Assembly: GCA_963720755.1 (NCBI GenBank)
Contig: CAVRGP010000009.1
Span: 1-24,826, forward strand
Source: an uncultured Chloroflexia bacterium
GTDB lineage: Bacteria; Chloroflexota; Limnocylindria; Limnocylindrales; CSP1-4
Reading direction: 5' to 3'
Length of the DNA stretch: 24,826 nt
The notes below the pieces were generated by a model. It had not been told where the DNA came from and did no database searches. It saw only the letters and a program-made list of their open reading frames with translations. Below, piece by piece: positions 9,003-17,299 of this stretch. The stretch's first letter is position 1, and every line of letters starts with the position of its first letter. The translations under genes were made by a program, and so were the position numbers.

Positions 9003-9103
9003 CCGAACCTCTCATTTGGTTGTTGTCGCAACCGACATCGCATCGAGTCGACCCGTGCCGATTCGCGATGTGGCGGTCAAGGCACGGACGTGTCCCTGGT
9101 GGA

Positions 9104-9112
9104 TGGTAGGCT
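9104..9112 (+). promoter_or_regulatory. Extended -10 element of a probable leaderless promoter
   Basis: TGg-TAGGCT-gccgcgcc-ATG (start 9121). Confidence 0.5.
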
Positions 9113-9120
9113 GCCGCGCC

Positions 9121-9991
9121 ATGGACGAGAGCCACGCAACCGGGGCCTCGATAACGCGCTGGTATCGGCCGGTGATGGCCGGGCTGGCCATCGCCTTCTG
9201 CGCGTTCGGCGCGTATGTCACCTGGGTGTCGTGGGTGCAATCTCGGACGCGGGCGGATCGGCGCCGACCTGGACCTCTACCTCGACGCGACGGCCGCTGG
9301 CTGGCCGGCGGCTCGTTCTATCTTCAGCATCAGTTGTCAGGCCCGTACATCATCGCGGATGGAGACATCCTGTATCCACCGATCAACATCCTGTTGTTCA
9401 GCGCCATTCCTGGTGGTGCCGGGAGTCATGTTCTGGGTGCTTCCCTTGTCGACCATCGCCTGGGTGACCTACCGGTACCGTCCCGCACCATGGACGTGGC
9501 CGCTGATGGCACTCTGCGTCGCGTATATCCCGACGATGGTCAAGGTCATGCACGGCAATCCGTTCATGTGGTCCGCGGCCGCCGTCGCGCTCGGGACCGT
9601 CTACGGCTGGCCCGCCCTGTTTGTCATCTTGAAGCCATCGCTCGCTCCATTCGCGCTCGTCGGGGCCGGCCATCGCTCCTGGTGGATCGGGCTTATCGTC
9701 GTCGTGGCATCCATCGGTGCCAGTGTGTTGCTGTTCGGGTCAGTCTGGCGCGACTATCTGACGGCAATGAAGAACTCGCGCAATCCGGCCGGTCTTCTGT
9801 ACAGCTACACGGACGTCGGCCCTCTCCTCGTGCCCGTGATCGCGTACGTGGGCGCACGAGAGCATGGTCGACATCGGCCCAGGATGCATCGACTTCTGGG
9901 TGACGGACGGCGGGCACGGCCGTCAAGCCGTCGAGCCCGCATCGGTGGATTGGCCGATCTGGTGCGGCTGGGTATCTCCTTGCCCTGTTGA
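9121..9991 (+). pseudogene. GT87/DUF2029-like membrane glycosyltransferase with three frameshifts; about 289 aa when repaired
   Basis: Family motifs alternate between two frames: N-terminal TM (frame A), IGADLDLYLDAT (B), RWLAGGSFY...ILYPP (A), APFLVVP...HGNP...LKPS (B). Shifts near 9240-9255, 9295 and 9400. Confidence 0.7.
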
Positions 9992-10804
9992 AAGCGGTTC
10001 ACGGACGAGCGGCACGATCGCGGCGAGCGTGGCCAGGGCAGTGAACCAGAGGGTCGGCAGTGCGACGGTGACCGCCACGACCAGAAGCGGCTCTCCGAAG
10101 CGTGGCTCCATCCGCGAGGCGATGACCATCAGGATCACCCCGAGAACGAGCCGCGCCCCGTACGGGACCGGCAGGAATGCGGACGCGTCCCCTGTTCCGC
10201 GGGCCAGGAGCGTGTCGAGGAATTGACGCCAGGCCTCTGGCCCTAGGAGGACGCTGACCAGGAGCAAGACCACGCCAAACGCCGTCGCCACGACCGCCTC
10301 GCGCACCCGCCCCCGCAAGGCGAGGTACGGGATCCCGAGCACCGGTGCCAACTTGATTGCCGCACCGACGGCGAACCACCCACCCCATCGACGGAGGCCG
10401 AGGACGAGCAGGACAGCGATGATGAGGTGGACATTGCGCGAGACGAATTCGACGGCGATCGGCGGGAATGCGCACATCGCCAGGGCGACCAGGATGTCCC
10501 GTCCGGCCAGCCACCACAGGCATCCCAGCATCAACACGATCCAGAGCCAACCGAAGACCACCGACGGCACGATGAAGGCGACAGGCGCCAGGACCTGGGC
10601 GACGATCGGCGGGTACCAGAACGCGTACGGCGTGATCGACGTCGCGGTCGGATCGTAGAGAGGCTGACCGCTGAGCAGTCGTTGCGCGGCCAGCCAGTAC
10701 GCGTGCTCGTCCGCGGGCTTGGGCCATTGATACACGGCTGCGACGAGCAGCAGGCATGCGCCGACCGCGGCCAGCACGATGAGGAGAACCCGTCGAAATG
10801 TCAT
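9923..10804 (-). CDS. GT87/DUF2029-like membrane glycosyltransferase
   Basis: 293 aa. ADEHAYWLAAQRLLSGQPLY, FWYPP, SRNVH and IKLAP motifs; multi-TM. Confidence 0.82.
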   Translation of the reverse strand: MTFRRVLLIVLAAVGACLLLVAAVYQWPKPADEHAYWLAAQRLLSGQPLYDPTATSITPYAFWYPPIVAQVLAPVAFIVPSVVFGWLWIVLMLGCLWWLAGRDILVALAMCAFPPIAVEFVSRNVHLIIAVLLVLGLRRWGGWFAVGAAIKLAPVLGIPYLALRGRVREAVVATAFGVVLLLVSVLLGPEAWRQFLDTLLARGTGDASAFLPVPYGARLVLGVILMVIASRMEPRFGEPLLVVAVTVALPTLWFTALATLAAIVPLVREPLSTGQGDTQPHQIGQSTDAGSTA

Positions 10805-10860
10805 CAGCCGCGGATCCGGCTGATGCGCCGAAAGTCCGATGCCTGGACGGTTCGGGTCAC
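10804..10860 (-). other. 18-codon leaderless uORF (MTRTVQASDFRRISRIRG), or frameshifted N-terminus of 9923-10804
   Basis: TGc-TATCCT-7 nt-GTG at 10860. Its TGA overlaps the ATG of the GT87 gene (TGATG). Confidence 0.4.
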
Positions 10861-10867
10861 CGGATGG

Positions 10868-10899
10868 AGGATAGCATCGGGCGGTTGGTGGCCTACCAT
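10868..10899. promoter_or_regulatory. Divergent, overlapping -10 elements
   Basis: Minus-strand TATCCT (10868-10873) overlaps plus-strand TAGCAT (10872-10877). A second plus-strand TACCAT (10894-10899) lies 9 nt before ATG 10909. Confidence 0.45.
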
Positions 10900-10908
10900 C
10901 GAGCCCAC

Positions 10909-12462
10909 ATGGCCAGTCATCGACCCAGCGACCTCGCTCGCCGCATCGCTGCCCTGCTGGGTGACGACGGGCTGTTCGGTCGGTCCATCGCCCTGGTCAT
11001 CCTGGTCAGCACGTGGGTCGCAACCTGGCGACCCCAAGCCGACCCCGATTTCGGATGGCACCTTCGGGTCGGCGATTCGATCCTGTCGACAGGCGTAGTC
11101 CCCAAGACCGACACCTTCAGCTGGCTGACAGCGGGACAGCCATTCCTGGCGCACAGCTGGGCGTGGGACGTTGCGCTCGCCGCAGCGTATCGATCCGCAG
11201 GTCTGTTCGGAACGAGTCTCGTTGCACTCCCGGTCTCGGCACTCGCGATCGCGCTGACGTGGACCTTGCTGAAGCTGGTCGCACCGACCATCCCGCCATT
11301 CCCACGGTCCCTCCTCGTCGCGCTGGCGATCGTCCTCGGTCTCTCCGTCTGGAGTCCTCGAGCGCAGACCTGGGATGTCGTCTTCGTCCTGGCCAGTGTC
11401 TATGCGTGGAGCCTCTGGCTTCGACGTGGCCAGCGAAGCGCCCTTGTCGCGGTGCCGATCATCCCGATCCTGTGGGTGAACCTCCACGGGAGCGGCGCTC
11501 TCGCCTTCGCGATCTGCCTGGTGGCGCTCATCGTGGCCATCCCGATCGGTAACCGGTGGCAGACGTGGCCGCGTCGCCCGTTGATGCCGCTGGTCCTGAG
11601 TTCGGCCGTGGCCCTGGCCGCCTTTGTGATCAGCCCCAACGGCGTCGACATCCTGAGCCTCCCTTTCAACTCGCAGGTCGGGAGCCCATTCCTGACGTCG
11701 ATCCTCGAGTGGCAGTCCCCGCATTTCGGCGATGCCGGATTCGCCACGCTCCGGGTCGTTCTGGCTGCGACCGCGCTCGTCGCTCTGGCCCTTCGAGGGC
11801 GTCGGCGCGACCCGTTCATGCTGTTGCTGGCGGCGGGCTGGACGTTCATCGCCCTGGGCGCAGCTCGGTTCAGCCTCATCGCCGGACCGCTCATCGTGCT
11901 CGCCCTCGCGCCAGCCGTTGCCGGCAGCGCTCGAGCGTGGCTTGGGATCGGCCGGCGATCGTGGACCGACCCACGGGCGGAGACGGCGTTCGAGAGAGGC
12001 CCGTCCCGGGTCGCGGCCGGGTTCGCGATCACGCTGGCCGTGCTCATCGGGCTCGCCGGCCTGATCCAGATCGCGCCCGCGCGACAGGCCGCGCAGCTCA
12101 GCGAGCGGTACCCGGTGGCGGCCGTCGATTGGATGCGCGATCGCGGCTGTCACGGTCGCATCCTCAACGCCTACGACTGGGGAGGCTACCTGCTGGGATC
12201 CTGGACGGAACTCGTCGCCACGTACGGATCATCGCCTGGCGGCCTCGTCGAAACGGAGGTCGCGCTGGAGGAGTTGCGGACAGACGCGGCAACCTGGCTC
12301 GATGAACACGACGTGGATCTCGTCCTGATGCCCACCGGCGGCCCACTGGATCGCTGGCTGGACGACGCGACTGGGTGGACCCGGATCTATCGGGACGACC
12401 TCGCCTCCATCCACACCAGGACGGGCGGGACCGCATGTACGGTCACGGCTCAGATCCGGTAG
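10909..12462 (+). CDS. Uncharacterised GT-C-like membrane protein with extracytoplasmic C-terminal domain
   Basis: About 517 aa; start uncertain (10864, 10885 or 10909). DPDFGWHLRVG, FSWLT, HSWAW, PRAQ, WVNLHG, ILEWQSP, YPVAAVDW, LNAYDWGGYL. Confidence 0.78.
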   Translation: MASHRPSDLARRIAALLGDDGLFGRSIALVILVSTWVATWRPQADPDFGWHLRVGDSILSTGVVPKTDTFSWLTAGQPFLAHSWAWDVALAAAYRSAGLFGTSLVALPVSALAIALTWTLLKLVAPTIPPFPRSLLVALAIVLGLSVWSPRAQTWDVVFVLASVYAWSLWLRRGQRSALVAVPIIPILWVNLHGSGALAFAICLVALIVAIPIGNRWQTWPRRPLMPLVLSSAVALAAFVISPNGVDILSLPFNSQVGSPFLTSILEWQSPHFGDAGFATLRVVLAATALVALALRGRRRDPFMLLLAAGWTFIALGAARFSLIAGPLIVLALAPAVAGSARAWLGIGRRSWTDPRAETAFERGPSRVAAGFAITLAVLIGLAGLIQIAPARQAAQLSERYPVAAVDWMRDRGCHGRILNAYDWGGYLLGSWTELVATYGSSPGGLVETEVALEELRTDAATWLDEHDVDLVLMPTGGPLDRWLDDATGWTRIYRDDLASIHTRTGGTACTVTAQIR

Positions 12463-13668
12463 GCCCAGTAGACGCCGATGGCCATCACGACCGTGCCGAA
12501 CCCGATCAGGAACTTCCAACCGTTCCCGATGCCGCCCCGATTGACGGCTGCCAGCCCACACAGCGCGATGACGAATGGCACCGAATCGAGGAAGTATCGG
12601 TAGCCGTACTGGAGCCAGCCGCCCCCGTAGTAGAGCAACGTCGGGATGAGGACGGCGACCGTCGCGCCGAGCAGCCACCAGGAGCGGGGTCTGCGCCAGT
12701 CCGCCTGCGTCGCGAACAGGAGACCCGGACTGGTGACCAGGACGGACATGCCGAGCCCATCGGGCTTGAAGAACGGGGGGGTGTCGATGAGCCTGGGCAA
12801 GTGGAGCAGGAAATAGTCGATGTTCATGCCGACGTGCGCAAGGGCGAACAGGCCCAGGTTCCGCTGGTGTTCGAGGAATGCCGGCAGCGTCGCCAGACCG
12901 TAGCCCGACTCCCATGGCGACCCGAATCGGAGCTGGTTGTAGGCGAAGAACACGATGAGCCCCGGCATGAACCCGATACCGAGCCAGGTCCACCGACGCA
13001 GCCGGGTCGACCGAAACACCGATCGAACATACCCGCCGGCGATATCGGGCATGGCGATCGACGACGCCGCCATCGAGCATCAGCGCGTAGAACGGGAGCG
13101 CGAAGGCGAGTGGTGCCCGAGTCAGGAATGCCGCCCCGGCGAACAGGCCGATGAGCCAGGCGCGCTGACGGCCGAACAGCTCGATCAGGCAGATGAACGT
13201 CAGGATCGTCGCGACGAGGTGGCCCGTGTGCCACACCCCGCCGCGGGTCGTCACCCACAGGATCTGCGTGGAGAACCCGAACAGGATCGTCAGCCACAGA
13301 CGGTCCCAAAGGCGACTGATTCGGATCTGGCCGAGGAGCATCCAGCATAGGCCGACGCCACCGGCAGCAAGGAGGGCGTTGATCCCGGACTCGAGCTGAT
13401 CCGCTGTGGTGGCGCCGATGAGCGCGACGATCGGTGCGAGCGCGACGGCAGGGAACGGTGCGAACGGCACGTAGTAGTGACCGCCGATGACGATCACGTC
13501 GTACGGCCCGGGCTGGAAGGCCAGCCATGTCCGGCCATGGAGGAAGGCGTCCGCGAGGTAGAAGAAGTCGCCTCGCCCGGCGTCGAAGCCGCGATCCGCC
13601 AGCCAGTAGATGACGGCCGAGACCGCAACCACCGCAAGCCCGGCCGCGGTCGACCGACTCGGCCTCAT
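12450..13668 (-). pseudogene. GT-C-like membrane protein with one frameshift near 13050; about 405 aa when repaired
   Basis: The N-terminal part (GDFFYLADAFLHG, YYVPFAPFPA, GGVWHTGH, FLTRAP) continues in another frame (YNQLRFGSPWESGY, GWLQYGYRYFLD). ATGA-coupled to the upstream gene. Confidence 0.72.
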
Positions 13669-14504
13669 GACTCCGCCGGTTCGGGGAACCTGGCGTCAGC
13701 CCACCTTCCCAGTGCTTCACGGGCGAACGGCAGGACGCCCACGAGCATGGCAGGACTGATCGTGTAGAAGACCGGCAGCGCCAGCGTCGAGCCGACGACG
13801 ACCGGCCATCGGTAACCTTTCCAGCCGCCCCACACGATGAAGGCGAGCGCGGGGCCGAGGCGGACCCAGAAGGGTAGATAGTACGGAGCCACGGCCGGCG
13901 CGGGACTCCCGGTCAACAGCCGGACGTAGTCGAACCATCGGTCCGGATGAAGGACGAACGAGACCGCGACGATCGCCGCGGTCACCCCGATCGCGATCGC
14001 GAGGTCGCGCCAGCGTCTTCGGATGGCGAACCAGAGCAGACCGATCCCCGGCGTGACCTTGGTCAGGAGCACGAATGACCACGATGCCGGGAAGCGGAAT
14101 CCGATGACGATCGCCGCCGCCAGCATGATCTGGATGTTGCCGGCATTGATCTCCGAAGCCACCGGGACAGTGAACAGGACGAAGATCGTGAACGGCCCAG
14201 CCATCCACACGAGGAGACCGAGCAGGACGGCCCGCCAGATCGCCACGAAAACGTCGAATGGGATCCAGCGCCACCAGCCGACGATGAACTCGAACGCCGG
14301 CGAGTACAGGTAGGCATTGCTCGTCTCGCCACTGATCGCGCCACCGTAGAGGTTCGCCGGGTCCGCGACCCAATACGCCCGAACGTCGACCGGTTGACCG
14401 CCGGTCGAGGTCAGGTACCACCAGTAGAAGACCGCGGCCACGATACCCAGGACCACCAACCCGTCGCGGAGGATCCGGCGCAATGAATATCGACGTCGGC
14501 TCAT
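13665..14504 (-). CDS. GT87/DUF2029-like membrane glycosyltransferase
   Basis: 279 aa from ATG 14504 (ATGA overlap). PVDVRAYW, YLYSPAF, EINAGNIQ and LLTKVTPGIGLLWF motifs. Confidence 0.82.
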   Translation of the reverse strand: MSRRRYSLRRILRDGLVVLGIVAAVFYWWYLTSTGGQPVDVRAYWVADPANLYGGAISGETSNAYLYSPAFEFIVGWWRWIPFDVFVAIWRAVLLGLLVWMAGPFTIFVLFTVPVASEINAGNIQIMLAAAIVIGFRFPASWSFVLLTKVTPGIGLLWFAIRRRWRDLAIAIGVTAAIVAVSFVLHPDRWFDYVRLLTGSPAPAVAPYYLPFWVRLGPALAFIVWGGWKGYRWPVVVGSTLALPVFYTISPAMLVGVLPFAREALGRWADARFPEPAES

Positions 14505-15592
14505 GTGGCCGGAGAAGCCACCGCATGGTCCGCGGCGTTTCGCCGTCGCTCTCGCGCTTCGACCAGAAGCGGTCCGGTCAGGCCGACCGTGAATAGCACC
14601 GGGTAGATCGCGGCCGGCAGGAACAGGACGATGGGCAGTGCGGTCACCAGCATGATCCCGGCACCCCACCAGTGGCCGCGGTCCAGAAGCCAGGCGGTCG
14701 GCAGGATCAGGATGATGGCGTAGTGATCCCAGACGAGGGGCGATAGGATCTGGCTGCCGACCGCGGTCGTCAGGAAGCTCACCTCGGCAGATGACCGTAG
14801 GATCGCCACGAGAATGGTGAGCGCCACGGCCGCCGTCGCCACCAGCTGGACTGCCTTGGCGGCGTTCTCCGCAACGCCGTTCTGGTACAGGATCGCGCCA
14901 AGCGAAAAGCCGTTCGGCGTCGTCACCGACGAGTTGACACGACTGAGCAACGCCACGTAGTCAGCCCACACACCAGGCCCGAATGCGATGGTCGAGATGA
15001 GGACCGCGACGGCAAGCGTTCCGAGGGCAACGCCGACGGCCCGCCATCTGCCGGTCGCTCCGGCCCAGGCGAGGAGGATGATCGGCTGCACCTTGATCAA
15101 GGCGCCGACGGCCATGCTCACACCGAGCACACCCGCCCGATCGCGCCATCGCCATGCGATGGCGAACAGCAGCAGGAGCAGTGCGCCGACCTGGCCCAGA
15201 AGGATCGAGTAGAGCACTGGCCAGTTGAGGACGCTGAGACCGAGCATGATCCAGCGGATCCGGGGGCGCACAGGCAGGATGGCGATCGCGCCAACGAGCG
15301 AGCCGATCGCAAGGGCCTCCCACTGCCACAGCCCGATCTGGTGCGGCACGGCCGCGAACGGTATGGCGGCCAGGCCGAACGGCGGCGGATAGAGGAAGAT
15401 CGCGAATCCCCCAGCCACGTTCACGGTGAGGTCGTACAACGGCGCGCCGTCCAGGATCCTGGAAGCCCCGCCGATGTACGCCTCGTAGTCGTATCCGAGA
15501 TTCTTGACGCCGGTCCCGATCACCAGGAGTGCGAAGACCTCGAAGGAAACGAGTGCGGCGACCGCCAGAAGGACGCCGCGCCGGGCGATCAT
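14501..15592 (-). CDS. GT87/DUF2029 family glycosyltransferase, most PimE/AftC-like of the set
   Basis: 363 aa from ATG 15592 (ATGA overlap, GGAG upstream). GYDYEAY, FLYPP, LGQV, IKVQP, NGFS and SPLVWDHY, a typical GT87 C-terminal motif. Confidence 0.88.
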   Translation of the reverse strand: MIARRGVLLAVAALVSFEVFALLVIGTGVKNLGYDYEAYIGGASRILDGAPLYDLTVNVAGGFAIFLYPPPFGLAAIPFAAVPHQIGLWQWEALAIGSLVGAIAILPVRPRIRWIMLGLSVLNWPVLYSILLGQVGALLLLLFAIAWRWRDRAGVLGVSMAVGALIKVQPIILLAWAGATGRWRAVGVALGTLAVAVLISTIAFGPGVWADYVALLSRVNSSVTTPNGFSLGAILYQNGVAENAAKAVQLVATAAVALTILVAILRSSAEVSFLTTAVGSQILSPLVWDHYAIILILPTAWLLDRGHWWGAGIMLVTALPIVLFLPAAIYPVLFTVGLTGPLLVEARERRRNAADHAVASPAT

Positions 15593-16395
15593 GTCGGCTC
15601 CGTGCTTCGACGAGCGTGGCGGTGCAGCAACGGGATGCGGAACAGGTCCCACCCGACGCGCAGCGCCAGCCCGAGGCGGGCGTGCATACGCGACCCCCGG
15701 CGATCCTCCCACCGGATCGGGATGATCGCGATGCGATACCCGCGCCGGCGAGCCAGGTAGATGAGTTCCACGTCGAAGACGATGCTCGTTACCTGCTGAC
15801 GACCGAACAGGTCCTGAGCGGCTGGTCGGGTGAACCCCTTGAACCCGCACTGCGTGTCCTTCACGGGGCCCACGACCCAGATCGAGGCGAAGAAGTGGAA
15901 GGCTCGGCCGAGCAATCGTCGATAGCCCGGCTGGCTGGCACGCATGTCGGAGCCGTCAGGCTGGATCCGCGAGCCGAGCGCGACGTCGTGATCGGCAAGT
16001 GCTCTGACGAGCAGCGGCAATTGATCGGGCGGTGTCGCCATATCCGCGTCGGCGAAGATCACGAGGTCCGAGGTTGCCGCCAGCATGCCTGCCCTCACGG
16101 CCGCCCCTTTGCCGCCGTGCGGGACCGTCATGATCCGCAACGTCACACCTGGGATGCCGGTGGTTGCCCCTGCTTCCGGACGTTGCGCCACGAGGGCCGC
16201 CGTCTCATCCGTGCTTCCGTCGTCGACGACGAGGATCTCGATCGCGCCGGGCAGCCCGGCCGATCCAGGCGCCCCCTCGCGAGCATGGTCGCCTCGTCGC
16301 CGCAGGTAGCCGCACAACTCGTCCAGGCCTGGTCCGATCCGATCGGCTTCGTTGTATGCGGGCAGCACGATGGTCAGGGACTCGCCGGATAGCAT
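15589..16395 (-). CDS. GT2 polyprenyl/dolichyl-phosphate glycosyltransferase (ALG5/DPG-synthase-like)
   Basis: 268 aa from ATG 16395. IVLPAYNEADRI, VDDGSTD, GKGAAVRAGM, FADADMATP, DTQCGFK, FDVELI. Confidence 0.9.
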   Translation of the reverse strand: MLSGESLTIVLPAYNEADRIGPGLDELCGYLRRRGDHAREGAPGSAGLPGAIEILVVDDGSTDETAALVAQRPEAGATTGIPGVTLRIMTVPHGGKGAAVRAGMLAATSDLVIFADADMATPPDQLPLLVRALADHDVALGSRIQPDGSDMRASQPGYRRLLGRAFHFFASIWVVGPVKDTQCGFKGFTRPAAQDLFGRQQVTSIVFDVELIYLARRRGYRIAIIPIRWEDRRGSRMHARLGLALRVGWDLFRIPLLHRHARRSTEPT

Positions 16396-16402
16396 GCCGG
16401 GC

Positions 16403-16408
16403 AGTCTA
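16403..16408 (-). promoter_or_regulatory. Operon-internal -10 element overlapping the upstream stop codon
   Basis: Minus strand reads TAGACT-gcccggc-ATG. The TAG is also the stop codon of 16406-17299. Confidence 0.5.
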
Positions 16409-17299
16409 CCGGCCGGTCGCGTCTTGCCGGGGACGGCCATTGGTCGCCTCCGTGTCAGACCATTCGGCCACGTCCGGTCCACCGAACCCCGCCAGCAACG
16501 TGGAGAGTTGGTAGCTGAGGAGCCGCGGCGTTGCCAGGACGGAGAGCGCGACCGCCGCGACCCAGCCCCACCGAGACGGCGCAAGGCGCAGGGCCACGAG
16601 CCCCAGGATGACGACCGAGATGATCCACAAGATCGGCGACAAGGCGAATAGCGACAAGTTGTTCGCGTCCTTCACCTGCTCATCGGCCAGGAAGCCGAGA
16701 TAGCTGATCGTCGCCGCGGGCTCGAGCGCAAGCTGGACGACGAGGAGGGAAGCCAGCCACGCGGCGAACCATCCGAGACGACGCCACTGACGCCGACCGA
16801 CCCAATAGACGGCGACGAGCGCAGGGTACAGCTTGAGGTTGGTGGCGAGGGCCACCGCCCACGGGGCCCCGATCGCGAGCAGGTAGGTCACGAGCGCCTG
16901 TGCCTGACCGATCGCGACCGTCCAGGCGATCGCCATCGCCAGCAAGCCCGCGGTGATCAACACGGCCCGGCGGAACCCCAAGCGAACGAAGGTCAGGATC
17001 GTCGCGCCGACAACCACCGCTTCCCAGATGACGGCGGCCGGTTCGTAGGGCAACAGCGCAAGCGGCCGGAAGGCGATCGCAAGCAGGGGTGGATAGTGGT
17101 AGGAACCGGGCACGTTCGTGTCGGCGACGGGCACGTACAGCGGCAGACCCGCGTTCAGGCGAGCTCCGGCGTCGTAGTAGGCCCGCACATCCGCGAGTGG
17201 ATCCGTCGCGAGATGGATGAGGCCCAGCCAGATCCCGAGCAGCAGTCCGAGGCCGGCGAGGACGACGAGCAGCGTCCCCGCGACGCGACGGACGCTCAA
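16406..17299 (-). CDS. GT87/DUF2029-like membrane glycosyltransferase (tandem paralog B)
   Basis: 297 aa from TTG 17299, overlapping the upstream TGA. LADVRAYYDAGARLN, YHYPP, IGQAQ, NLKLYP. Confidence 0.82.
   Translation of the reverse strand: MSVRRVAGTLLVVLAGLGLLLGIWLGLIHLATDPLADVRAYYDAGARLNAGLPLYVPVADTNVPGSYHYPPLLAIAFRPLALLPYEPAAVIWEAVVVGATILTFVRLGFRRAVLITAGLLAMAIAWTVAIGQAQALVTYLLAIGAPWAVALATNLKLYPALVAVYWVGRRQWRRLGWFAAWLASLLVVQLALEPAATISYLGFLADEQVKDANNLSLFALSPILWIISVVILGLVALRLAPSRWGWVAAVALSVLATPRLLSYQLSTLLAGFGGPDVAEWSDTEATNGRPRQDATGR

Noticed and set aside
9006-9100. Inverted repeats in the divergent intergenic region (GGTTG-N6-CAACC, ACATCGC/GCGATGT, CCGTGCC/GGCACGG)
   Set aside because: Short, single-copy and compatible with chance at this GC content. 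No RNA family recognised.
5590-13060. Phase variation or programmed frameshifting as the cause of the indels
   Set aside because: No long homopolymers, SSRs or slippery heptamers at the break points. Sequencing error is more parsimonious.
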